The translations under genes were made by a program, and so were the position numbers. Shown one piece after another: positions 12,056-23,738 of a stretch of DNA of 64,000 nt. Every line of letters begins with the position of its first letter. Position 1 is the stretch's first letter. Under the pieces are notes generated by a model. It made no database searches. It was given only the letters and a program-made list of their open reading frames with translations, and was not told where the DNA came from. This DNA comes from Felis catus (Eukaryota), in the NCBI RefSeq assembly GCF_018350175.1, contig NC_058375.1, forward strand, positions 96,720,001 through 96,784,000. Reading direction: 5' to 3'.

Positions 12056-12525
12056 GGGGTGCCTGGGTGGCTCAGTAGGTTAAGTGTCCGACTTTGGCTC
12101 TGGTCATGATCTCGTGGTTCACAAGTTTGAGCCCCACGTCGGGCTCTGTGCTGACAGCTCGGAGCCTGGAGCCTGCTTCCGATTCTGTGTCTCCCTCTCT
12201 CTGACCCTCCCCCCATTCATGTTCTATCTCTCTCTGTCTCAAAAATAAATAAACGTTAGGGGCGCCTGGGTGGCGCAGTCGGTTAAGCGTCGGACTTCAG
12301 CCAGGTCACGATCTCGCGGTCCGTGAGTTCGAGCCCCGCGTCAGGCTCTGTCTGGGCTGATGGCTCAGAGCCTGGAGCCTGTTTCCGATTCTGTGCTTTC
12401 CTCTCTCTCTGCCCCTCCCCCGTTCATGCTCTGTCTCTCTCTGTCCCAAAAATAAATAAACGTTGAAAAAAAATTTAAAAACAAATAATAAATAAATAAA
12501 TAAACGTTAAAAAAAATTTAAAAAA
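12056..12525 (+). mobile_element. Can-SINE (host) with 14-bp TSD AAGTAAAACCATCA, carrying a younger SINE in its tail
   Basis: TSD at 12042-12055 and 12526-12539. Confidence 0.92.
12259..12493 (+). mobile_element. Very young Can-SINE nested in the tail of the previous SINE
   Basis: Youngest-subfamily diagnostics with CpGs intact; 16-bp TSD AAATAAATAAACGTTA at 12243-12258 and 12494-12509. Confidence 0.93.
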
Positions 12526-12699
12526 AAGTAAAACCATCAATTCCTTTTTGGTATAAATATATTAAAACTTAATGTTTGATATATCTACTTTTCAATTTTT
12601 CAATATTTTTCCAGCTACTTCAATGTTCAGGGAACAAATTAGCTATTAGGAAACAAATAAAAACATGTATATAGAGACATACATTTTTTTTTTCTTTTG

Positions 12700-12880
12700 C
12701 CTCAGGCTCCAATCTGAATCAGCACAGCACTGGTCTTCATCTAAAATTTTGATATTTTGTTCAATGGGAATATTTTGCATTGAATTTTTAGACCTATTCA
12801 TTAAATATTTATCTTGTTTACTGAGTTATTTAGCACCCTCCTTAAATTTTGTGCCTCAGTGAGTGGGTCCAAATGCCTCC
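12700..12880. mobile_element. Small non-autonomous DNA transposon relic (hAT-like; family uncertain)
   Basis: AAATATTTATCTTGTTTACTGAGTTATTTAGCACCCTCCTTAAATTTTGTGCCTCAGTGAGT resembles hAT MER termini. Confidence 0.4.
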
Positions 12881-12929
12881 TTCTCCTCCCCCTACTTCAG
12901 GGGCTATTTCTTGAACACCTAACTATGAG

Positions 12930-13850
12930 TTAAGAGCCATTCCTGGTTCATGGAGAAGAAGCCAAACATACGAGGAAATCCAAGAGAGGGTAGTGCCCTC
13001 AAAGGAAGTATTTCCAAAAGGGAGAGCATCACAAAGAGTGTCAAATGGTGCTGAGAAGTCAAATGAGACTAAGACTGGAACGGACATTTGCTGGAGCGCC
13101 TGCGTGGCTCACTTGGTTGAGTGACCGACTCTTGATTTTTGGCTCAGGTCATGATCCCAGGGTCCTGAGATGGAGCCTTGCATCAGGCTGGGAAATGGGT
13201 GTGAAGCCTGCTTAAGATTCTCTCTCTCTCTCCCTCTCTCCTGCTCACATGCACTTCTCTCTCTCTCTCTCTCTCTCTGTAAAATAAAGAAGTGGGCATT
13301 TGTTGAATGATATTTGTCATTCATCGGCTGCTTAGTGTGAAAATCCTCAGTGGGCTGATGGAGGTGGAATGAGGCTGAAATGGACGGAGGAGAGAGTAGC
13401 AAGCAGGGAAATTGAAACTCCCCTCCCAAGAAGTTGACTCTGAAGAAGGAGAGAGCAGTGGTTAGAGAATAGAGTTAAGGGGTGGGGTGGTTGTTGCATT
13501 CTTATATGATCCAGTTTCGAGAGAGAAGTCTAATGTACAAGAGGGGAAACTAGGGTCCACGGCAGTGTGAGGTCCCAATGAAGTGTAACAGATTGGCCCC
13601 TCACCAGAGATGAGAGGGTTGGCATTAAACAGGAGATAAAGTGTGTCCTACATTGCAGTCTGAAGGAAGAAGAGGGTGAGCCCGGATGTTTTTATATTTG
13701 ACAACAGGGAATAGAAGGAGATCCTTCTGAAGTCTTCAGTTTTCTCCACTGAGCAGGAGACAAAGCCGGAAGAGAAGCAGGCAGCAGTGGGACGCTGGAT
13801 GATTGCAGGAAGGTGAAAGTGTTTGAGAGCTGTAGTTAGGGACCTGTGGT
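12930..13850 (-). mobile_element. L2 fragment interrupted by an older Can-SINE (13093-13290, +)
   Basis: GTGTCAAATGGTGCTGAGAAGTCAAATGAGACTAAGACTG L2 motif; the SINE head GGAGCGCCTGCGTGGCTCAC has a degenerate TSD. Confidence 0.7.
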
Positions 13851-13879
13851 TGGTAGGCCGCACTCATTAAGGCTCCTTT

Positions 13880-14270
13880 ACATCTGGGTGAATAAACAGG
13901 GGTACCTCCACTCTATGGGATTCTATGCAGTTCACAGGGAAAAACTCGAGAGAAAGATGGTATATCTCTAGGATACACCATCAAGTGAAAAAAAAAAAAA
14001 ACAAGATACAGAACATCGAGCATAATACATTTTGTGTAAGAAAGGAAAGTAAGAATGTATAGGTATATTATCTTTGTATTTACATAAAGGAACTTGGGAA
14101 GAATGTATAAACAACCAATAAAAAATTGTACTGGAGAAAGCAGGAGATAAGACACAAGGTGAATGGGGACAGAGGTGGGAAAGTGATTCTCAATGTGTAT
14201 CTTTTATCTTTACTTTTTGATTTTGAGTCATGTGAATGTATTGTCTATTAAAAACAAAAATTTGAAATGT
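13880..14270 (+). mobile_element. Ancient L1M 3' end
   Basis: TCATGTGAATGTATTGTCTATTAAAAA terminus, with GAGGTGGGAAAGTGATTCTCAATGTGTATC upstream. Confidence 0.6.
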
Positions 14271-14676
14271 GAAAGGTGAAGTTTCTACACAAATAGGTAT
14301 GCACAAAGAACTCAATCATGTTTCCAAACCAAGTCTAAGCTGTCAGGCACCCCGACGATATTTTTAAATGACTGCCTCATCAATAAGATTATTGTATTTC
14401 TACATCTTTCTGGAAGGATGTTATTAGGAACATCAGCATCCTAAGAATAGAGCATTGTTATTACTTTCAGTCTCGAAGCTAGTGTGTTCTTTGTCTCCAT
14501 GCCAGGAGTAGAAGGTCTCCCAAAGGTTTGCCTTTGTTCTTTCTCTCCTGTCCCTCACAGACAGCAATCTCCTTCATTCCCCTAGTTTCTTAGACTGGTC
14601 TCTATAATCTACATCTCCCACCTAATCTGTCTTCCAAATTCTCGATCTGAAATCCCAATAGTCAGATCAACATGGT

Positions 14677-15380
14677 GTATCACTCAGGATTTCAGCAGGA
14701 AACAGATGTTATGTCAAAATTGGGACCATTCCATGGGCTCCTGGCTTGCTCAGTTGGTTAAACATCCAACTTCGGCTCAGGTCATGATCTCAGTTTGTGG
14801 GTTCAAGCCCCATGTTGGAATCTGTGCTGACAGAGCCTGGAGCCTGCTTTGGATTCTATGTCTCCCTCTCTCTCTGCCCCTTCCCCACTCATTGTCTCTT
14901 GCTCGCTCACTCACTCTCTCTCTCTCTCAGAAATAAACACTAAAAAAAATTTTTTTTAAGTTGGGACAATTCCAGAAGGGTTTATTTACAGAGACTATTT
15001 ACAAAGGTTTGGGGATAGGGGAACCACAAGAGGCTAAAGGGAGCTGGGCTTTCACCAGCCCTAAATCCAAAGGGATAAGGATGAGGAGAGGTTACCAGAA
15101 CCTAGAAGCAGAGAGAATTGCAGACAGCAGGCTCCCTTGAGAGAACAGTGCCCTTCTACCAAGGGACTCTGGCAGCCTAAGGTGGCCTCATTGGAAAGAA
15201 CACAGGGAAATAAATACCCAGACTTGACTGTCTTGCCTCCTTCTGCTTGGCTGTGCATTGGCCAAACTCAAACAGAAGCAAGAGGGCATAGGAGGCTATA
15301 TATGTAATCTCTCAGATGAGTCCTCCTAGAGCCTAGGTCAGAGTGGGGGAGGATGGGAAGCAGGGTAAACCAAATACATG
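14677..15380 (-). mobile_element. Old MaLR LTR (MLT1-type) interrupted by a Can-SINE (14733-14958, +)
   Basis: TGTATCACTCAGGATTTCAGCAGGAAACAGA terminus; CATTGGCCAAACTCAAACAGAAGCAAGAGGGC motif; SINE TSD A(A/G)TTGGGAC(C/A)ATTCC. Confidence 0.7.
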
Positions 15381-15639
15381 TGACAAGCACCACTCCAATG
15401 GTGTCCTACTGGGACTTTGATCTCAGCATTTCCCAAACCAACCACATCCTCTTTCCTTCATTAACCTGACCTTTCTCCTGGGTTCCTTAGTTACTTGGCT
15501 AATGATGCCTCTATGCTTTGTCCTCCCGGACTCCTCTCCTGCCCTGCATGTGCACACACAAGAGCCTGTCTCTTCCGCTGGATAGCACACCTCTGGAGGC
15601 AGGGGCTTTGAGCCTGGACTTGGCAAATGTCTCCTGAGT

Positions 15640-15797
15640 AATAACATTTATTGGGCACTTGACATATCGGGCACAGCATGGACCACTTCATTTGGATTGT
15701 CTCTTTTAATCTCTCAACACTTCCATGAGGTAGGTCCCGCTGTTACCCTCATTTTATAGATTAATAAACTGAGGGTGAGAGAAGTAACCCAAGACCA
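15640..15797 (-). mobile_element. MIR
   Basis: CATTTATTGGGCAC...ATGAGGTAGG...CATTTTATAGATTAATAAACTGAGG. Confidence 0.7.
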
Positions 15798-15799
15798 TA

Positions 15800-16340
15800 T
15801 TCTTTTTCTTAATCTAAGTAGAATTAACGTACAATGTGATATTTCATGCATACAACAATGATTCAGCAATTCTCTACTCCGTGCTTACCACGGTAAGTGT
15901 AGTCACCAAGCACATGTAATTAAGTGTAGTCACTGCACAATATTATTACAATATTATCGGCTATATTCTCTGGACTGTAATTCTCTTCTATGACTTACTT
16001 ATTTTATAACTGGAAGTCATCTGTGACTTATTTATTTTTATAACTTATTTATTTCGTCGCCTATTTCACCCATTGCCCCACCCACCTCCCCTCTGGCACC
16101 CAGTAGTTTGTTCTCTGCATTTGAGAGTCTCTTTTCTGGGTTCATTTGCTTTGTTTTTTAGATTCCACACAGAAATAAGATCCTATGGTATTTGTTTTTC
16201 TCTGTCTGACTTATTTCATTTAGCACAGTACCCTCTAGGTACATCTGTATTGTTGCAAATGGCAAGATCTTTTTTATGGCTGAGTAATATTCCATTGTAT
16301 ATACACACCACTTCTTTGTCCATTCATCTGTTCGACACAG
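15800..16340 (-). mobile_element. L1 3' end (L1MA9/carnivore-type)
   Basis: TAGATTCCACACAGAAATAAGATCCTATGGTATTTG...GCAAATGGCAAGATC...GGCTGAGTAATATTCCATTGTATATAC; contains small internal duplications. Confidence 0.8.
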
Positions 16341-16549
16341 GTTCTAGACCAACATCATGTTCCTAAAAGAGAACATGTGACATGGAAGCCTGCCCTCAAG
16401 CACTATGACCCTCCCTCTGCCTCCCCCATTCCAGGCTGAAGGGACCACCCACAATGATAGCACAGTGCTCTGCTGTTGATTTAAAAAAAAAAAAAAAAAA
16501 AGTCAAATGTTGGTCAAACAGTATAATTCAGAGAAAGCAAGGGTTGGAG

Positions 16550-17130
16550 CTAGGGCTTGAACTTGCTGCTGCATTGTTACAGACAGAGGGGGGAAAAAGG
16601 AGGGTATGTGGGGCAAGGAGGCCAGGGAACAGCTGGGAGTGCCTAGAGTTTGTTTGTGGCCTTGTGTAGAAAAGACCTGGTCCAGATGACAGAATACAGA
16701 TTTGGAACGGTTAGGATATGATTGAGGTGGATGGAGGAAACCTAGATGATGGAGGGCTTCGGAGTCCATGGGCCTGCTGAGCCTCCCTGTGGAAGCCAGG
16801 GAAAGGGGAATTTCAGGAAGAGTCGTGAGCCGCTTAGAGAGCGGGTAGGACAGACCGGAAGTGGGGGATGATGGGCTCCTGGGGGAACCAGCTGGAGAGC
16901 GGTTGTCGTGGTCCGCCAATGAATCCGTGTACCAGAGTGAGGCAATGGAGATGAGAAATGAGTGATGGATATGAGAACTATCTAGAAGCAGAAATGGTCC
17001 ACGGTACTTGCCCGCTGATTGCTGAGCAGATGGAAGGGGATTGGCCTTCAGTTATAATGACTTCAGTCTCTGGCCTTTGCCCGGGGGGGTGGGTCTTGCC
17101 ATTGACGGAGCAGCTGGAGCCCAGTGGCAG
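16550..17130 (-). mobile_element. Degenerate L2 fragment
   Basis: Purine-rich; GGCAATGGAGATGAGAAATGAGTGATGGATATGAGAACTATCTAGAAGCAGAAAT is L2-like. Confidence 0.5.
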
Positions 17131-18879
17131 AGAAGGAAGAAAATCTCCATTCCAGACATCCTGACTTTGATGCTTGACCTGTTAGTCACCCTCAATTTGG
17201 CCAATGTAGAGATCCAGCCTTAGCCAGAATTGTGGGGCATATATCAATCTTCTATTTTTATTGTAACTACTTTCCAGATCTTTCCCCTTATTAAGAAACT
17301 TTTGTTTCTCAACTTTGGGTTTTGCTCTCTATTAATTTTCAGTGCACATCTAGCCCCTGAACACATCCAGCCCTGCTGTGATGTGTGTGCTGGGGCGGGA
17401 AGCAGGGTATAGCTTCGGGTATCATAACACACCAGGGTACTGAAGCCCTGTGATTCAGGACCAGCATACTGTGGCTCTAATTGATAATATTTTCTGCTTC
17501 ACAGTAGCTGAGCTGAATTGCACCGACTTAGAGGAGTAAATGAAACAAGTGTTTTATGGAACAACAGGCAGACCATTTAAATCTATAACTACTATGCTTA
17601 TGTTTCCTGCTTCCTAGTCTACAATGGAATATAAGTGGTGTCTATGAGCCACACGGTCGTTTCCTTTTATGTTTGCAAATAACACCACAGACGATATTAT
17701 ATCCTTGCTCTAGCTCCTAGGAGACTTAAAAGGCTGAGTTGGCAAAACAGGAAAGCTTAATCATTTATAAGGATGTAAACAACCAGATTTCTCCCACTAC
17801 CACCATTCCCAAAATGCTAGAATTCATAGACACCAGAAATAATGATTTTTTTTTTTTTTTCTGGTCACAGAGACGGGGATTGAAAGATTACCATTCTGTT
17901 TTGTTTTTTACTGGAAAGAATAGATACTTCTCTGAATTGCCTATAACATTTTGCCTCCCCTAAGATATGTAAATGAGCCCAAAGTTTAATCCTTTAAAAT
18001 TAGAATTAAGTACAGAAAGGGCTCCTAGAGTTTGACTGTGAGCACACCGCAAAGTATTTATAGTTTATTTTAAACCTTAAGAACCAAGACTAAATGTAAG
18101 GCAGGTATCTGCAGACACGTTGAGAGCAGAACAGCATAAATAAAGGGCTTAAAAAAATGGCAAGAAAAGTTTTCACTAACGGGTCATAAAAACAGGGAAA
18201 GGGGAAAGAGCTGCGGATCTGCCTGACAAATTTATACTACAAATCGGCCTTTATTCTTCTAAAACATGGTACACTAACACATTGGTAAGTTACCTTGCCT
18301 TGAGACACTCTGTTGATTTGCTTCGTTGTGTTTTTATGCCGCAAAACTGCTCAGATGAGACGTGTTCGTTGTCCTGGTGTAACGGTACTAAGTATCTTTC
18401 ACTTTGGAAAGATTTCAGGTTTGGGCAAGATCCCTAACGGTTGTGGGGCGATGTGCGATACCCAGAGCTCTTTATCCATTTTAATTCATTAAAAAATTAT
18501 TTGTTTAATATACTTTTTACCTCCTATGTGCCAGGATTAACTGTCTGAGCTATAAAAATGAAGATAGCGTCCCTGCGGGCAAGGAGCTTGCATAACACCA
18601 TGTGAAAAGCGCCCCTGTAATGATAGTGAACGTTCGATACACACATTTTTTAGTTCTTTCCTGAGTAATAATGATACATCTGTCAACCGAACGTGTTGTT
18701 ACTGGGTTAGCCAGAGCAACATAATGGTGACCATGGGCACCTTGTGCTCTTGTGTTCAAAGTGAACGGTTCTGGTGTTTTTACTCCTATGCGGAGTAATT
18801 TCTCTCCAGCAGGGGTTTTGAGACGTGGGATTTTTCCAGTTGTTTGGGGGAAGAGAACTCCTGCCCTCCCCAGGCCGGT

Positions 18880-19070
18880 GAGTTTGTTGTCAGAGTGTCT
18901 GGATTCAAATTCTGGCTCCATAAAAGTCATGGCTGAGTGGTCTTGGGCTCTTCATTTATTCCTCTTTATTTCTCAGTGTCTTTATCTATAAAAATGAAGG
19001 TAATTAGTGCCTACTTCATAGGATTGTTGTCAAGATTAAAAGAGCTAATGCATGTAAGGACTGAGCAAAC
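18880..19070 (+). mobile_element. MIR
   Basis: CTGGATTCAAATTCTGGCTCC...TCTCAGTGTCTTTATCTATAAAAATGAAG...CATAGGATTGTTGTCAAGATTAAA. Confidence 0.75.
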
Positions 19071-19204
19071 CTTCCTTATGTCTTAGCTATTATTTCAACA
19101 CCCCTCCCAACCACCATCACACCCCCCTCCCCCCACCACCACACACAGAGATACAGCTTTGCATTCTTCACTTGCGGTGGGGAGGAAAATGTTAATGCTG
19201 CCTT

Positions 19205-19413
19205 AGGGCTGCCTGAGTGGCTCAGTCGGTTAAGCATCCGACCTCGGCTCTGGTCATGATCTCACGGCTTGTGGGTTCAAGCCCTGCATCGGGCTCTGTG
19301 CTGACAGCTCAGAGCCTGGACCCTGCTTCAGATTCTGTGTCGTCCTCTCTCTCTGCCCCTCCCCTGCTCACACTCTGTCCCAAAAATAAACATAAAAAAA
19401 ATAAATAAATAAA
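19205..19413 (+). mobile_element. Can-SINE (no clear TSD)
   Basis: Full head, body and tail. Confidence 0.9.
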
Positions 19414-20226
19414 GCAGTGGGTTTTTTTTTTTTTTTTAAAGGTTAAAAGCTTTCCTCCCATGGTGTGAACAGAGCAATGGTACTTTATCTGTTTAGGCTG
19501 GGGACGAAGACTCCCCTGAAGCAGAAAGGAGAAGGTGTTAGATGTTACTTAGCATTTTGCTCAGATTTATGAAAACAAAATGAAGGGGCTAGTATCAAAG
19601 ATGCTACATTCGATCCAGTAAGACCTGGCTTGAAATTTTTACTTCAAAGATCACAAAGAAGCCGAGTTTTTCCTAAACTGAACAGTTACCTACAAGGGGC
19701 AAATTTTTAACGCTGACACATGCGCTTTGCTTTTAAAAGCAGATTCACTTCAGAATGTTTGCATACTCTCCTCTACTTCTGCTACTTCTAATATTTTCTC
19801 CACATAGTCCCAGAATCGTAGCACCGACAACTATCCAGAAATCACTTCTGTATGAAGTTGGCTGTTTGCCTTCTACCTTTATTTCTTAAAACCTTTTTTT
19901 TTCCTAACCTGCTGAAATGAAACTGTGTACCTCGAAAGATAAGCTGATTCCAGGCCTGTGGCAGGAAATTAAGAGGAGTCGGGGACATCTTGCTGTGCTG
20001 GAAAGCAAGGAAGCTATCAAGAACTAATGGGTCAGGTCAGAAAGACACAGGGGCCACCAAGGGCAAGATACTGGTAAAGGAATGAAAAAGAAAGCAAAAA
20101 GAGAGATGGAGAAAATATAGCAAAATCTCAGTAATTGTTTAATCTGGGTGACACATGTGTGGGGTTCACTTTATTTTTTGGTTTTGTTGGAATTTCTTCA
20201 TTATAAAATAAATGCATAATTTAGAC

Positions 20227-20621
20227 TTTTTCCTTTTCTTTTTTTTTTTTTTTTGTTTTTTTTGTTAGTAGGCTTCACCCACAACTCAGAGCCCAATGTG
20301 GTGCTTGAACATAATACCCTGAGATCAAGACCTGAACTAAAGTCAAGAGTCAGGAACCGGGGGCACCTGGGGGGCTCAGTTGGTTGAGCAACCAACTCTT
20401 GATCTTGATTCAGGTCATAATTTCGGGGTTTGTGAGGTCGAGCCCTGCATTGAGCCCCAAGCTGGGCTCTGCACTGGCAGCACAGAGCCTGCTTGGAGTT
20501 TTTTCTCCTTCTCTCTCTGCCCCTACCCTATTCATGCTCTCTTTTCTCCCTTTCAAAATAAGTAAATAAACCTAAAAAATTAAAGTCAGACACTTAACCA
20601 ACTGAGCCACCCAGGTGCTCC
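20227..20621. mobile_element. Older minus-strand Can-SINE (20227-20358 + 20582-20621) split by a plus-strand Can-SINE (20359-20581)
   Basis: Host reads continuously as AGTCAAGAGTCAG|ACACTTAACCAACTGAGCCACCCAGGTG across the insert; degenerate AAGAGTCAG/AAAGTCAG duplication. Confidence 0.8.
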
Positions 20622-22026
20622 CAGACCTTCTTTAATGCAAAGTGACCCCTATATATCCTCCATAAAATTAAACAATACAAATGAGTCAAATAAAAATTCT
20701 GATAATTTTATCAGATAAAATTATCACTGATAATTTTATCACTCAGGGATAATTACTGAACTACTATTAATAACATGTTGTAATGCTTTTTTTTTTTTTT
20801 TACATTCTGCACTGCATATGCAAATCTTTAAAACTAATTTCTTCTCCTTCAACTTCTGTCTTCCATGGCCTAAAAGCACCACTTTGATTACATCATCATC
20901 CTATTTTCTGATCCACGAGGGCTTTCCACGCTTGTTGAGTATAACTTGGGCCACTTGACATTTAAGGTTTTCCAACATTCTTTCCAGAATTCCTTCTCCT
21001 ACCTTGTCTCCTTAGAACCGATGCTCCAGCTACACTGGACAGCTTACATTTCAGTCAAGACTGGAGTCTGTAGAGATGTCATAATTTGTAATCTGAATGA
21101 ACACTCGAGACCTTTACAATGATGTATTTTGGGATTTCACAGTTTAGGACTCTTGATACAACTAGCAACTTGTCCCAGCACAGAACCTAATTTTTGTGAA
21201 AAGGCCAAGCTGTTATATAAGCATTTTGCTGAAATCCAGGAAAAGTAATCGAGAGCATGCAGTTCAGCCTGTAAGGGATGATTGAAAACTGAAAAAAGTT
21301 GGGTGAATGTGCCTCCACAGGTCATAATCCTCTGCAATACTTGTTTCTGCTGTGTGGTGATGGAAGGAGTGACAGCATGCCTCTTTTTTAGCTGAGTACA
21401 GGGAGCATGAGTTTCCCCAAAGGTCCTAGCATCACACTCTTGTAGAATTAGAAGTTCTGGTCCCTTGAATAAGCTTGTCCTTCGTTCAGCTATCCTGAGT
21501 TCACCGCATTCTACCTCTACAGCCATGAAAGGTAATAATTTTGGTAATCAAAAGTATAACCCCATTGTTTTTAACCATCAGCAATTATGCCTTTCAGTTA
21601 TTTTGTGTAGTTTTTTTTTAATCACTGAGAAGATTCTTACGATAGGTGAACACTTTATTTTTACCAAATCTTCTAAAAACTAGCCTCCCCCCCCCCATTC
21701 TGGCTCACACATTATGGGTGGTCAAGACTAGGATCCAAATGAAAATCAAACTTGAAATTTCTTCCATTTTCTACCCCACATGTTTCCTAATACTTTAAAT
21801 TAAAATACATGAACTTCTACAAAGATAAGTTGAAAAGTAGAATATCTGTCCCTCCATGTGCATTGTCGGATCAAAAAAGAGGGGTGGGCTGATAAGCTAA
21901 GAAAGCCCATCATGGTAAAATTCTCTTGTATTGTAGAGCCTTAGTCAGTAGAGGGGATGGAAAACTATTGTTATCATATGTTTAATTGTTCAGTTAGGTA
22001 GGGATTAATCCAAAATAAGTATTTCA

Positions 22027-22247
22027 TTTTTTTTTTAATTTTTTTAATGTTTATTTATTTTTGAGACAGAGAGAGACAGAGCATGAGCAGGGAAGGGGCA
22101 AAGAGAGAGGGAGACACAGAATCGGAAGCAGGCTCCAGGCTCTGAGCCATCAGCACAGAGCCCAATGCGGGGCTCGAACTCACAGACTGTGAGATCATGA
22201 CCTGAGCCGAAGTCGGACGCTTAACCGACTGAGCCACCCAGGCACCC
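22027..22247 (-). mobile_element. Can-SINE with perfect 17-bp TSD CCAAAATAAGTATTTCA
   Basis: TSD at 22010-22026 and 22248-22264. Confidence 0.93.
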
Positions 22248-22757
22248 CCAAAATAAGTATTTCAATTTATATTGTTGAAAACAGCTCAAGTGTATTACCC
22301 TGCATTGCCAGGCAGTGGGTGATTTTTTTAACTCATCCACATCTAAAATGTTATGAGCCTATGAATCTCTCTGATAACTATGGCTTTTTGGTGTCTCAAT
22401 CTCACTACTCAGAATTGTTCTTAATGTAATGCATCCTTGCTGTAGTGATTGTTAAGGGAATGGGTAAACACTCTCTGACTCAGGATATCCCAAACAACTG
22501 GTTAGTTTTTAAGGTCCTCAGAGCCTATTGTTTTGTGTTTTACTCCCTCTTCTAGACAATTGTGGCGAGCATTTAGAACTGGCCGACAAGGCCAATAGAT
22601 TCTGAGCTTTCTTTCACTTGTTTCTTAGATATTAAAAAAACAAATCAAATAAGTATGTATGTATCCAGTTTTCTCTCGTGCTCCAGTAAATCTTACCGGA
22701 GTTTTACCCAAATGAGCTTAAGCAAAAAGTTACTTTAAAACCTCCAAGCCTTCAAGT

Positions 22758-23175
22758 TTTTTTTTTCCAGTTAGAGATATGATTGACACATAACATCCTA
22801 TCAGTTTAAGGTGTATGATATATTCATTTGATATGAGTATGTAGCATGAAATGATTAACACAGTGAGTATGGTTAACATTAATTAACTCACATACTTACA
22901 AACTGTTTTCTCTTGTGATGAGAACTTTTAAGACCCACTCTTAGCAACTTTCAAATTTAGAGTACAGTATTGTTAATTACAGTTGCCATGTTCTACGTTA
23001 CATCCCTAGAACATTCTTATCTTCTAACTGGAAGTTTGTACCTTTACCTTCAACCATTTACCCCTTCCCTGCCCCTGGCAACCACCAACCTGTTGTTTCT
23101 ATGAGCTTGTTTTTTTTTTTTTTTTTTTTTAGATTCCATATATATGTGAGCTCATATAGTATTTGTCTTTCTGTC
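22758..23175 (-). mobile_element. L1 3' end (L1MA9/carnivore-type)
   Basis: GTGATGAGAACTTTTAAGACCCACTCTTAGCAACTTTCAAAT...CCCTGGCAACCACCAACCTG...TAGATTCCATATATATGTGAG. Confidence 0.8.
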
Positions 23176-23705
23176 TAAAAACCAGCCAATTTGACATTGA
23201 GACATTCAAAACGAAATTCTTAAGAATTTCTCAAGTTTTACTGCCTGTTTACCTCGGCTATTGTTCTATCAATATTCTGTAAAACCACTTAAATTTGCTT
23301 CAAAATAACTTCCTTTTGGTACACATTAACCTCCTGGATCAAGATCAACATGGGCTAGAAAACTTTCTGTAGAAAACCCCAGTCTAGAGGTCAGCTGAAC
23401 CCTAAGTCTCTCCAAGAATGAACAGTGATGAAATTTCTGTCAATAGGTCTTATTCTAGTAATATAAAAAAATTTTTTTCGGCTTCTAATTAAACTGCAAT
23501 TAAACAGAAAACAAAGCTATTTGTTTTTTATTCAAAATCATTAGAGGCACAAAACTGGCACCTACACAGAATTGTTGAACTGTCCTAGTGGCTTCTAACC
23601 TGTCCATCTTTAGCTTCAGATAAGTAACATGTTAGTGTTGTATATACACATACATTGCATTATAGTTTTATGTATACAAATACATATAAAAGGCATATAT
23701 AAAGG

Positions 23706-23711
<6 letters not shown>

Positions 23712-23738
<27 letters not shown>
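23712..23738 (+). repeat. (CA)~13 microsatellite
   Basis: Direct read. Confidence 0.95.

Noticed and set aside
21137-21526. 129-aa minus-strand ORF in unique DNA
   Set aside because: No recognisable protein family, processed-pseudogene hallmarks (poly-A, TSD) or exon boundaries.
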